DNA from: Torpedo marmorata
Lineage: Eukaryota
DNA length: 64,000 bases
Assembly (NCBI GenBank): GCA_977017645.1
Contig: OZ360246.1
Coordinates: forward strand, 27,280,001 to 27,344,000
Reading direction: 5' to 3'
Position 1 is the stretch's first letter; every line of letters starts with the position of its first letter. This document shows positions 50,013 through 61,930 of the stretch, piece by piece. The notes under the pieces were generated by a model. The model was not told where the DNA came from and did not search any database. It was given only the letters and a program-made list of their open reading frames with translations. A program made the translations under genes and the position numbers.

Positions 50013-50072
50013 ATTATGATTTTGGAGATGTGTTTTCTGCAGCACAGTCCATACCCAGCACTGACTGGGAAG
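50013..50072 (+). CDS. PLEKHM2: PLEKHM2 exon 7 (second W-acidic motif)
   Basis: Long poly-T tract, then tAG|(D)YDFGDVFSAAQSIPSTDWE|GTGGGA; 60 nt, phase 1-1. Confidence 0.93.
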
Positions 50073-50518
50073 GTGGGACTTTCTCAGATTTGTGTTCGCA
50101 TTCTGCTGACTGCTGCATGCTCTGTCCCTAACCCTGTCTGTCAGACTTGCTGCATGCCTGCCAGGGCTGCTTCCAGTGGTTGTATATGTTTGCATTTGGG
50201 AGTGTGTCAGACAGTATTTGAATATTGTGATCTGAAAACTATAATCTAAATGCTCCATAATATGGTGGTGGGCTTCAGACTACAATCAGACCTGGTATAA
50301 TTTGGCTGGCTTGCAGAAATCTTCATTGCAATTTGTTTTCTTTTCAGGAGGCAATTAATATAATTCTTCACACATTTCAAGATTTAAAAAAAAATTAATT
50401 TGATGTCACAGCACAAGAGAACTATCAGACATATCTTGGATAAGTAACCAGAATCTGATGCTCATTGGGAAGGGTTCAATTAAATAGATCTACTATTCAT
50501 TGGCACAGGTGTGTTTAA

Positions 50519-50748
50519 CCCTTTGGACTCTGTGTCCGTTTTCAGGGACTACCAACAAGCCCGTACACTCCATGTCCTGGATTTCAGGGACTACCAACAA
50601 GCGCAATATACTCTGTGACCCTGTTTTCCAGGACTGGTTTTATACCCGACCACCAGCTGGTTCGTACTGATGTCGTACTGTAGTTTACCCATGGACCCAG
50701 TCCGGAATATATATTATGAAAGGTTAAAAATGGCTGGAGTCCAAAGGG
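50519..50748. mobile_element. piggyBac-like MITE (230 bp)
   Basis: TTAA|CCCTTTGGACTC ... GAGTCCAAAGGG|TTAA, with an internal ~42-bp tandem duplication. Confidence 0.88.
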
Positions 50749-51337
50749 TTAAGGAAACGTATCTCTCCTGTTAGCCTCACTTGTTACTTTAAATGATAAC
50801 CTACCACTAAAACTTGATGCATACGTAATAATATGATTTGATTGCCACTGATCATGATTTTGGCTTTGAATGTCTTTAAATAACTTTTAAGACAATGTTC
50901 AAGGATATTATTTTTAATTTGGATTGACCCTTGACCTATTTTAGTTTTACATTTACTGTAATATTTTGTCCAAAACTTTAGAAATCCAGTCTTACCATGA
51001 ACAAAGTCTGTAACATGGAGTTAATCGTGACTCAAATCCATTTCCCCGTCTACCAGCCATAAATCAGGAGTCTGATGGAATACTTCTAAGTTCTGGTAAT
51101 TTTAAGATTGTCATTACCCCTGAGTTGAGTCGTCTGAAGCCCTGTGATCCTTCTTATTACTTTCCAGATCAAGGTAGTTTTAAATGGTATGGGATTTTCC
51201 TCAAGTGCAATTTCAGTAATACTTGAGGAACTCTGCACCATTGGGACAAAGCCACCTGCTTGATTGACACCCCATCCATCATTCTAAACACTAATTTCCT
51301 TCCACAATGGCTGCAATCCATGCTTTTCAGTTACTCA

Positions 51338-51672
51338 CAGAATCAGAATTTATTGTCATGAAATTCGTTATTTTGCGGCAGCATCAGTGTAAACATTTCT
51401 ATAAACCACATTTCAAAATAAAGAAAATAGTTCAAGAAAAAAAGAGGTAGTGTCTGTGGTTCATTGTTCATTCAGAAATCTGATGGCAGAGGGGAAGAAG
51501 CTGTCCTTGTGCCGCTGAGTGCTAGTCTTCAGGCTCCTGTACCTTTTTCCTGATGGTAGCAGAGTGAAGAGGGCATAGCCTGGGTGGTGGGGGTCCTTGA
51601 GGATAGAGGCTGCTTTCTTCTGCCTCTTGTAGATGTCCTCAGTGGAGTGAAGACTGGTGCCTGTGATGTCCC
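51338..51672 (-). mobile_element. Rex1/Babar LINE 3' end
   Basis: DITGTSLHSTEDIYKR...KDPHHPGYALFTLLPSGKRY...FFPSAIRFLNEQ* plus tail. Confidence 0.85.
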
Positions 51673-52667
51673 AAGCTATTTCCACAGCACCTTCTAAACC
51701 ATCAAGATGAATAGGACCAAGCTCATGAGGCCCACCTTCCACCCCTATCTGCAGATTCCCCTGCAAGTCCTATACCTTGATTGAAAATAATTCCCTCTTC
51801 TTTCATTATCTGAGAGCACGTTCATCAAAAGGATTGAAGCAGAAGGGCCAGCACCTCTACCTTCTCAAGGCCATTTAGGATTAGACATTAAATCCTGGCC
51901 CTGCTGATTCTTTGGATTAGCTGTTATTAATTTGAAAGAGCAATCAATTTGGTCCAAGCCCAAAGTTGGCATTCTCGTTGATGGTGAAAAGGGCGGGGGT
52001 GGGGGGGTGGTTGGAATTCATCAATTAGTTCTTGTGTCGTGATGCTTTAAAGTTTTTTTAAAAATGGAGGTTTTGAAGGATCTTCTCAATACCCTCAGTC
52101 ATCTCATGATTATTTCAATACATTGTGTGTTTGACTCCTTCCCAGAATGAGTTACCTGGAAAGACGGTATGCAAATATCTCCCCAAGCTAGGTACCCATA
52201 ATCACAAGCAGTGACTCTTCTGTTGTATTATTGCTAACTGCCTATTTGCCATCGTTATTTCTTATGGTTCAACTTCATTCACAGGTTTTGTGTGACCAGA
52301 TTGGTGCTAATTGGCTCCAGATTTGAAAAATGAATAGTTTGTAGTCAACCCTTTGTCTTATTTGGCACTAAGCAAGGGATCTTTCAGTAAAATGTATTAA
52401 TAGGCAGCTCACATAAAGGAAATCACAACATCTTTTATTGACATTGCACTTCTATCATTTGGTGATTATAAATTTACTTACTACTCATGTAAAATATTCT
52501 CAGATTGCATCAGATTCCAATCGATAAATCAGATTTAATTTTTAGTGAATTTTTTTCCTCATTTTAAGTATTGCATGTTTAAATGCACTCCTATTTCCCT
52601 ATCCTGTTAGGCTTGTTAGTGTTTAAGGTCATCATAGGTGACCTTGTTTTATGAGGATTGAGCACCA

Positions 52668-52905
52668 AGGTTAGCATAGCGGTTAGCTAACGCTGTTACA
52701 GCGTCAGCGACCCGGTTCAAATCCGGCACTGTCTGTAAGGAGTTTGTACATTCTCCCCGTGCCTGCGTGGGTTTCCTCTGGGTGCTCTGGTTTCCTCCCA
52801 CACTTCAAAAGCGTACTGAGATTTGTAGGTTGATCGGGGTATTTGGACGGTACAGGCTCGTGGGCCGGAAGGGCTTGTTACCGTGCTGTATGTCTAAATT
52901 TAAAA
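52668..52905 (+). mobile_element. V-SINE
   Basis: A box, ggttcaaatcc B box, V-domain and tgtatgtctaaattt end. Confidence 0.85.
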
Positions 52906-53050
52906 TCCAGAGCCACTTGGTCCTCCTTACCAACTGTCAGATCATGACAATCATAAATGGTATGGGATTTTCCTTGGTGAGTACCTTATTATATCAGTGG
53001 AGACATAGAGCCCACCAAGTCCACCGTAACCATGAAGCACCCGTTAGAAC

Positions 53051-53838
53051 TTTAAAAATGGCAGCGCTGCCACTGGTATGGACCAGGGAGAGCGGGGAGT
53101 GGAGATACAGCGCACCTCCGGTGGGTTCTACTGTCCAGTTCCAGGATAAACAGCTCCCTACAGGCTTTAAACAGCCAGTTAAAGGAGCCGACAGTGTTTT
53201 ATTTTAAAATCCTGCGACTGTGGAGTCTGGGCGAGGGGTTGCAGACTCCAGAGAAGCAGAGGACTGGCGCAGTGCACCAGAAAATGGGGAGACACCCCAC
53301 CCCACCCCTGTTTGAGAAGGAGAAACAGAGGAGGCGACCCTACAAGACGGTGACAATGGCGGCGGACCAGTGAGTGGCTCTGCGGCAGAAGAACACACAT
53401 GTGGCGGACTGTTGACAACCTGCAGTCAAAGGACTCGCACCAGGCTGCGGACTGCTGGAGACTAGCTTAAGAGTGTGTAAAGGGGTACCAGGTATCGGAA
53501 CTGGGATGGAAGAGGGAGCCGAGGCGGGAGGGACTCCTGAGGGGCCTCGGACGTTGAAGGCTTCCTGATCGTGTCGGAGGTTTGGATCTGGAGCTCGGGT
53601 GGCTGATGGTTTGCACTGAAGTCTGTGTGACTGCAGAGGCTACAGGAGCACTGGAGGTGAATCCACGGACACTCAGTGACTTTGAAGGGGCTCTATTTTG
53701 CTTCTCTTTCTCGGACTGTGAGGGGCACTGGGCAATTTCTGCTGATGGCGAATCTTTATGTGCCTTATGGCCAACTAAATGCAATTTTGTGTAATATTAC
53801 ATCTGTTTTATTACATGACAATAAAAGAATCTTGAATC
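53051..53838 (+). mobile_element. GC-rich ~800-bp non-autonomous retroposon, divergent copy
   Basis: Starts aaaaatggcagcg and ends atgacaataaaagaatcttgaatc. Colinear with 56050-56916. Confidence 0.75.
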
Positions 53839-54670
53839 CCTTTTTATCGTTCACCCCACCACCCCTACTTGTTGAATACCAAGGATACTTTATAGGGGTC
53901 AATTAACCTACTAACCTACAGATCTTTGGGATGTGGAGGGAAACTGGAGCACCCAGTGGAAACCCATGAAGTCCCAAGGATTATGTGCAAATTCCACATC
54001 CCAAACAGGAAACGCTAGTGGTCAGAGTTGAATCACAGGAGCTCTACTAGCTGCACCACTATGAAGCAAGGGCTTTGGGTATAAAGCTCTCAGTACAGGG
54101 CTGGCTCTCTGTAACCTTTTACTTGAAGTAAATGAATATAAAATTTGTTCAAAATAGACACTGGTTAAGAGAAGTAAGTGTACAGAAGCTACTGAATTTG
54201 GGTGTTTATGCCTTCTGTTTTTCACCCTTACCCAATGAATTATAGCAAAACATTTTATCAGGGACCATATTAATTTATTAGATATAGTTTTTCACCTGCA
54301 TGCAGTGCATTCGAGCTCTCAACAAGGTATTGCATTTAGATCGGGATCTTTTGGGAGCAAAATCATTAAAGCTGGAAATTTATTGTGAATTCTACAAATG
54401 TGAATGTTTATTGTGACCACTTGCTGTCAAATGAGTGCACTTGTGATTGTAAATGTAGGGTTAGAGATACATTTCTAATCTGTGCTGAGATCCCTGAATT
54501 TGAGATTTCTACTGCACACTAATTTATCACTTTTTTTCTGCCTCAAATAACTAATTCTCATTGCTACTCTGGCATTTTATTTAATGAAGAAAAATATATT
54601 CATTCGATTAAAAATAATCTGAGAAATAAACATTGACCCCTGTGTTTTTGTGATAACTTTTTATCTGTAG

Positions 54671-54914
54671 AGGGTGAATTGACGGACACAGTCAGCAGCT
54701 GCCCTCGATCTGGAACCTCCGAGAGTTTGCTATTAAACAACAAGGTGAACACAAGGAGCCCCACCGAGCGCTATAACCCCTTTAACAGTGAGAAAACAGA
54801 ATCTCTACATGCACCAGAAGGCAATGTGGTGCAAAGCACTGAATCCAAGGGAGAGGAGAACACATCAGATCTCCAGGATACCACCGAGAATACCATGGAA
54901 CTCGAAGTAATCAG
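54671..54914 (+). CDS. PLEKHM2: PLEKHM2 exon 8
   Basis: tAG|(E)GELTDTVSSCPRS...TRSPTERYNPFNSE...MELEVI(R)|GTCAGT; 244 nt, phase 1-2. Matches the human DLTDTVSGPRS...RSPTQRQNPFNEE...ELEVIR. Confidence 0.93.
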
Positions 54915-56049
54915 GTCAGTCATTATTGTTAGCGGCTTTAGTAGGAGGTGACAAAGAGGCAGGAATTTTGCAACATGTTAACTTTCTATTTGATTCCAGC
55001 CTTTACTAGAGACAGCCATTAACTTGCACGTTGCCTTTTGAGATTTTGTTGGGAGCTTTCCCATCTTTGAGTGATTGGGTTCTGAAATCAAGTCAGACAC
55101 ATCGTAATGTATGTTGACACTCCAGTGATTCCCAGGGTGTACTTTTATGTGCCAGGACACCATTTCAACATTTCCAGTATCAACCAATGATACCGGTGTG
55201 CAAATTGGTGGTACATTTCTCAGATAACATCTGATCGTGCACTGAGTTTTTTCTTGACTTTGAAGCCGCGCTGGTGCTGTATAACTTTCTTTCTGTGATT
55301 CCTGCACTGCACATGGCAGAAGTAACCTCCTGTGTTTCTGTAAGCTGCTTTGGACCAGTTTGAGGAACTGTTGCAAAACTATACTGGAATGCAGAATTCA
55401 GAATTAAATATAAACCCAGGGCTTATTTAATTCTTCTGCATCCATGTACTATGCTGCTGTGCTGTTTTTTTTTTGTTTTTTGTTTTTGTTTTTTTTTGTT
55501 TTGTTTTTTTGCTGCCTTTCAGTTTTATAATTCCTGATAAATTATTTTTCTACAAGAGAATGAACTATGAAGCAGCTTCACTAAAAATTAGTACTGTCCA
55601 TGCAGAGTGCTGGTGATCTTCATTGGGCAATATCTTTTGTCTAATTACTTCTGGGTTTCCAGAAACAATGTACCTTCAGAATAAGGCTAATGTTGGTCTT
55701 TGTGAATTTCGATTTCAAATTCATTCTCTCAGCCCCTTGGGTACATGAGGCAGTGCTATGGAGAGAGAATTCCAAATTGAACTGTTGGCGCATTTATTTC
55801 CATTATAGCATTCCTTCCAATTCCAAATGGCCTTTATTTTTTTCATTTGTAAGCTTAACTGCAGAATGTCAAGCTGAGTACAATACTTGTATCCAAGCAC
55901 ATTTTTTTTCCTTGTATGAAAGAGGAGACAGAAGGCTGTCTGCCTTTTCCTCTCCCTAGCTAAGCGACTAAGATTGTTCATTGTGCTAACTGATATCCTG
56001 GTTACAGCTAACTCTGAACCGACGAAAGATGCAACCTGGATGTTTCCCT

Positions 56050-56916
56050 AAATGGCGGCGTTGCCGGAGCCGCTGTAGCGGCAGCACTGGTGCGGACCCG
56101 TGGGGAGCTAGGGAGCGGAGATGCAGCGCTCCCGCGGGGTCCAACCGCCCAGTCAACTGCCGTCGGCTCCGCACGGGCTTTGAACGGCCCGTTGAGGGAG
56201 CCGACAGTGGTTTTATTTGAGATCCCGTGACCGCGGGGTCTGCGCCCAAGATGTGGCTGCTGCCGATTAATAGGTGCTATCGAGGGGCTGCAGACTTCGG
56301 GGAAGCGGAGGACTGGAGCAGGGCACCAGAGGACGGAAATATCACCCCCCCACCCCCCCCCCCACCCCATGTCTGAGAAGGAGAAGCAGAGGAGACAACC
56401 CACGGGACGGTGACCACGGCAGCGGACCAGTGAGGGGCTCTGAGGCTAAAGGACCAGTGCATGCGGCAGGCTGCTGGCGACTTGAGGCGAGGAACCCGCG
56501 GAGGCTGTGGGCTGCTGGACGCTGCTGTTGGGAGACTCACGCCGGGCTGCGGACTGCTGGAGACTGGCTTGAACTGGCTGGAGGAGTACCAGGTATTGGA
56601 ACCGGGATGCAAGGGGGTGCCGAGGGCGCCGAAGGGTTCCTGACCGTGTCGGAGGTTCGGATCTGGAGCTCAAGTTGCTGATGGTTTGGACTGGACTCTG
56701 TGTGGCTGCGGAAGCGCTGGAGGCGAATCTACAGACACTCGGTGACTCTGGGGGGACGACTCTCTTTTGCTTCTCTTTCTGTGACTGTAAGGAATGTTAG
56801 AGGCGCTTAGGCAATTTCTGCCGGTGGCGAATCTGTCTGCCTTGCAGCAGGCAAAGAGAAATTTCATGTAATATGACACTGTTTTGTTACTATGACAATA
56901 AATTGAATCTTGATCT
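56050..56916 (+). mobile_element. GC-rich ~870-bp non-autonomous retroposon
   Basis: Starts AAATGGCGGCG, is CpG-rich, and ends atgacaataaattgaatcttga. Near-identical inverted copies at 59939-60717 and 63688-64000. Confidence 0.85.
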
Positions 56917-56998
56917 TAAAAAGTTTGGTGGATGGTATAATTACCATCACAAATGAATGAGAAACTGATACTAATTGTTTCTGGGTTCAACTCCACAG

Positions 56999-57850
56999 AT
57001 TGGCAAAGAAGAGGAGAACACCCAAAAAGAAGAGAGCCAAACCTGAGGAACTTGATATTAAAAATGCAGAAATACACCAGTCAAAGGAAGAAGATGCAAA
57101 GATTGCGGAGGATTGTGGTTTGGAAACACAAGATGAACAAAGTATGAAATTGGATATGCAGAAATCAACTGAGATTCCTGGTACTGAGGAGGACACTAAT
57201 CCTGAGGACGAGGTGTTACGAGTGACTCGACGAGAGTCCGATGCAGATGCTTCCCAGCCAGGTTTGCAGATACCACAGATGAAGGACACATCCATGAGCA
57301 GCGTAGGGCATCCTTTGAGCAAGGTAATGGAACAGCTTAATGAAGCAACTGATGCCAACACTTGGATGTCAGGTGATGGTCATCTCGAGCAGCCCTTTCG
57401 GACTTGTGCCCCGGGGAAAGCCCCGGATGAGCCTCCATATAGCGAGTATAGTGAGCGGATACAACCTGCCATGGAGTTCTACAGGTTTGCCCTCGAGAGT
57501 CCAGGTGCTAGTACAACAGGTAGCTGCAACTATGACCTTGCAGGGGATGGCCAACCAACGAATGTTTTTAGTAGCCATGAAACTGTTGGCGCAGAAACGT
57601 GCAAAGAAATCATACCTGACTCTGTAATGGTGCAGGGGATCACAGAGGAAGTTGATGTCCCAGTGAGTCAAAGAACAGAGAATGCAGAGGCTATTTCAGG
57701 ACACGATAACCAGTCTGATAATGTAAATGGTATGGTGGGTGAGACTGGTCTGGAGCAGTTGGAAATTCAGACTTTGGCTTCTGAAGATGTAGTGGAAAAT
57801 GACGCAGCTCAACGTAGTCCCTCAGAACTGACCCACCCATCAGACTTCAG
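56999..57850 (+). CDS. PLEKHM2: PLEKHM2 exon 9 (large central disordered region)
   Basis: cAG|LAKKRRTPKKKR...QPGLQIPQMKDTSMSSVGHPLSKVMEQLN...MEFYRFALESP...SPSELTHPSDF(R)|GTAAAG; 852 nt, phase 2-2. Confidence 0.95.
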
Positions 57851-59446
57851 GTAAAGTGCATTGGATTATTTAAATGCTTCTATGTTTACCGGTAATTGGA
57901 AATGTAGCTAATTCATAAAATAGCAAAGAAAATTTAGTTTAATATTTGCCTTAGAATCGTACACCATGAATTAACTTCTGTAACACTGGTCTGGCATAAC
58001 TATAGGTTCCCCTAATTTGTACTTGGAAGTTTGGACATGGAGGTTATGGGAAGTTTTGTGATGCTCTTATTTTTGATCTCCAAACGGGTCATAGTTTACA
58101 TTACACATACTGAAACATTGAATACATTAAAATACAGAATGCAGTCCACCCGATAGTTCCAAAATGTCCTGAATAGTGCTATTTCTTCAAGATTTTTTTT
58201 GTAACCACTTTGAATTGATTCATGCCAGAGTGTCCCATATCTTGACCAACTTTGATTTAATCTGTGCGAAGTGTTCAATTTGTATGTGTGGAGTTGTTTT
58301 GTTCACCTCTGGTTGAGAGAGTAAATCAAGCTACTAATGAGCTGTGATGTTTAAGTAGTGTGCTGGATTAAACGCTGGCCTTGCACTCAAACAAGATTCC
58401 AGAGGTGAATCTCAAACTGATACAATGACAGTTTTCCTATGACTGGATGCCAGCTGATCAAAAGGAAAGTGATGCACTCCTCAAATGTTCCTCAGTGAAG
58501 AACAAAACATAACACCTTTTTTCTTCCAATTGCCTTCCCATGTCTTCTGAAAACACCAACTTCTCCTCTTCGCTGGATTGAGACCATTCTCAACAATGCT
58601 TTTCATTCTTGTCCTAACTGTTTTGATCAAAATTCAGATTTATTATCAGAGTACATACATGACATCACATACAACCCTGAGATTCGATTTCCTGCAAGCC
58701 AGGCAGAATTTCTACTTATCGTAGTGCAAAAGTCTGTACTCAAGAAAAGATGCGTATAAAAAGAGAGAAATGTAAACAAAAAGGAAGTGCAAACTGTGTA
58801 ATACAGAAAACAAATATTCAATAATAAATACAGGCAGTCCCCGGGTTAAAAACGAGTTCCATTACCTAGGTCTGTTTTTAACTCGAATTTGTATTTAAGT
58901 CGGAACGAGTACATTTAGCGTCAGTTAGTCAAATGTTTATCTTAGTATATAGCATATATAGTATATATTTTATGTTTCTATGCATGTAAAACACTTAAGA
59001 AACACTTCCAAATACACTACAACATCTTAAACATAATAATACAGTACATAATTGGATGATGTAGGAGAAGATGGAGAGATGGCGACTGTTGGAGAGGATG
59101 GACCTGGTGCTGGAGAGTCAGGGTTTGATTTTTGCCACGTGAAACTTGGAGGTGGAATCAGCTGCAAAGAAGCATCTTTTCATTTCGAGCTGCCTTTAAC
59201 CCAATGAGGCAGTAAAGAGTCATCAAACTATTGTTTCACGAATCACTTGTAAACCAGACGAAATAAGAGTACAACACGGTTAATACGTTCCAAGCAAGTT
59301 CAGTGCTATGGAAAACCACTGTTCAAAGCATTATTACAATGCACTTTAACGTAATACGATCCAATGCTATAAAAGGGATATATAAAGATCTTTATTGGCA
59401 ATAAGTAACATCGTTTATTTAAGAAAAAATTTGTCTAATGTAGTTC

Positions 59447-59937
59447 ACCCCTAACCCTAATGCGTTGTTCAGTGGTTTGGAAACTCGTTGGTCTAACCCT
59501 AACCCAGGTGTTCCCCTCCATACAAACTGGCATTGTTCAGTGGTTTGGAAACTGGCTGGTCTGCCGCATCAGAGCAGAGACAGAAAAAAACAGATTCCCA
59601 TCAGTGTAAGGCAGCGTGCTGCGGGATAGTGCAGGGAGCCCGATCACAGTGGGGACAGCAATAACTTTCAACACAGCCACTTAACTCTCTCTATTCCACA
59701 GCTCAGTGCCCATACAAACTGGCGTTGTTCAGTGGTTTGGAAACTTGCTGGTCTGCCCCCTAACCCTAATGTGTTGTTCAGTGGTTTGGAAAATCGCTGG
59801 TCTGCCCCTAACCCTAATGCGTTATTCAGTGGTTTGGAAACTCGCTGGTCTGCCCCTAACCATAACTCTAACCCAGGGGTTCCCCTCCATACAAACTGGT
59901 ATTGTTCAGTGGTTTGGAAACTCGCTGGTCTGCCGCA
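59447..59937. repeat. Tandem array of 6 cores (ttgttcagtggtttggaaactcgctggtctg) with CCCTAA telomere-like linkers
   Basis: Six core copies at ~59465, 59533, 59725, 59775, 59822 and 59902, with CCCTAACCCTAA between several of them. Confidence 0.9.
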
Positions 59938-59938
59938 T

Positions 59939-60717
59939 TCAAGATTCAATTTATTGTCATAGTAATAAGACAGTGTCATATTCCATGAAATTTCTTTTTG
60001 CCTGCTGCAAGGCAGACAGATTCGCCACCGGCAGAAATTGCCTAAGTGCCTCTAACATTCCTTAGTCAGTTAAAGAGAAGCAAAAGAGAGTCCCCCCAGG
60101 GTCACCGAGTGTCCATAGATTCGCTTCCGCAGCCACACAGAGTCCAGTCCAAACCATCGGCAACCCGAGCTCCAGATGCAAACCTCCAACACGGTCAGGT
60201 CGCCCTCGGCACACCCTCGCATCCCGGTTCCGATACCTGGTACTCCTCCAGCCAGTTCGAGCCAGCCTCCAGCAGTCCGCAGCCTGGCGTGAGTCCCCTG
60301 ACAGCAGTCTCCAGCAGCCCACAGCCTCTGCGGGTTCCTCACCTCGAGTCGCCAGCAGCCCGCCGCATGCACTGGTCCTTCAGCCTTAGAGCCCCTCACT
60401 GGTCCGCCGCCGTGGTCACCGTCCCGTGGATTGTCTCCTCCGCTTCTCCTTCTCAGACGGGGGTGATCTTCCCGTCCTGTGGTGCCCTGCTCCAGTCCTC
60501 CACTTCCCCGGAGCCTGCAGCCCCTCGTGGCTGCTGCCGGTTAAAAGGCGCTGCCATCTTGGGCGCAGACCCCACAGTCGCGGGATCTTAAATAAAACCA
60601 CCGTCGGCTCCTTTAACGGGCCGTTTAAAGCCCGTGCGGAACCGACAGCAGTCGACTGTATCTCCGCTCCCACGCTCCCCGCGGGTCCGCACCAGCAGCA
60701 GCGCTGCCGCTACAGCG
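59939..60717 (-). mobile_element. GC-rich non-autonomous retroposon, nested in the Tigger-like element
   Basis: Reverse complement of ~56071-56912. Inserted between ccgcat and cagcgcagac, a junction that is intact in the duplicated block at ~59561-59580. Confidence 0.85.
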
Positions 60718-61276
60718 CAGACACGAAAAAAAAACAGATTCCCATCAGTATAAGGCAAGCGTTCTGCGGGATAGTGCAGGGAGCCCGATCGCAACGGCGA
60801 CAGCAATAACTTTCAACACAGCCACTTAACTCTCTCTATTCCACAGCTCAGCACCTATATTTCAAATATTTTAAACTAGAGTCTTGCAAAGTATTATGAG
60901 GTGGTTTAAATAGCAACAACAATAAAACTTTAATGTTGCAAATTTAAAACTGCGGGTCAAAAAGTGTATCGTACAGCATACTCTCTCGCGATGCTGACTC
61001 AACCACGCTCGAACTGGAAGTGGATGGCATTCTACTTCCGGCCAGCTTGTCGGTTCGTAAGTACGAGTTGTTCGTAAATCGGATGTTTTTAACCCGGGGA
61101 CTGCCTGTAATGTGCAAAGTAAGAGTCCTTAAATGAGTCTGAGTTTGTTGTTTAGGAGTCTGATGGTGGAGGGGTAGCAACTGTTCCTGAGCCAGGTGGT
61201 ACGAGACTTGTGGCACCTAAACCTCTTTCCTGAAGGCAGCAGCGAGAACCGAGCATGTGCTGGTGGTGTGGATCCA

Positions 61277-61930
61277 TCAGAATCTGAATTTATTGTCATG
61301 AACAAGTCATGAAATTCGGTGTTTTGCGGCAGCATCATAGTGCAAACATTCATAATATAACCATCTTACGACATTACTATAAAAAAACATATAAATAATA
61401 GTGCACGAAAGTAAGGCAGTGTCTTTGGTTCATTGATTATTCAGGAATCTGATGGCAGCGGGGAAGAAGCTGTCCTTGTGCCGTTGAGTGCTCGTCTTTA
61501 GGCTCCTGTACCTTTTTCCCGATGGTAGCAGAGTGAAGAGGGCATGGCCTGGGTGGTGGGGGGTCTTTGAGGATAGAGGCTGCTTTTTTAAGACACCACC
61601 TCGTGTAGGTGTCCTCGATGGAGTGAAGTCTGGTGCCTGTGATATCACAGGCCTAGTTAACAACCCTCTGGAGTTTATTCTTGTCCTGAGAGTTGGCGCC
61701 TCCATACCAGGCAGTGATGCAACCAGCCAGAATGCTCTCCACGGTACACCTGTAGAAGTTTACGAGAGTCTCGGTGACATACCGAATCTCCGCAGACATC
61801 TCACAAAGTATAGCCGCTGGCGAGCCTTCTTTGTGATTGCATCAACGTGGAGGCTCCAGGACAGATCCTCTGAGATGTTGATACCCAGGAATTTGAAGTT
61901 CTTGACCCCCTCCACGACTGAGCCCTCGAT
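61277..61930 (-). mobile_element. Younger Rex1/Babar LINE 3' part
   Basis: IEGSVVEGVKNFKFLGINISEDLSWSLHVDAITKKARQRLYFVRCLRRFG...FFPAAIRFLNNQ*, with a 3' UTR nearly identical to 19850-20005. Confidence 0.88.

Larger units (their letters stand above)
58831..61107. mobile_element. Non-autonomous Tc1/mariner (Tigger/pogo-like) element
   Basis: Perfect 23-bp TIR CAGGCAGTCCCCGGGTTAAAAAC (58831-58853; reverse complement at 61085-61107), with TA on both sides. Confidence 0.9.

Noticed and set aside
56008-56879. Multiple 100-180-aa ORFs here and at 60046-60809
   Set aside because: GC-rich repeat with few stops by composition; frames are not preserved between copies.
59447-59880. Interstitial telomere / chromosome-fusion scar
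   Set aside because: At most two consecutive CCCTAA units, one orientation only, and enclosed in a transposon.
59447-59937. CRISPR-like array (constant ~31-nt repeat with variable spacers)
   Set aside because: Spacers are related to each other and irregular in length, there are no cas genes, and the context is a vertebrate intron inside a TIR element.
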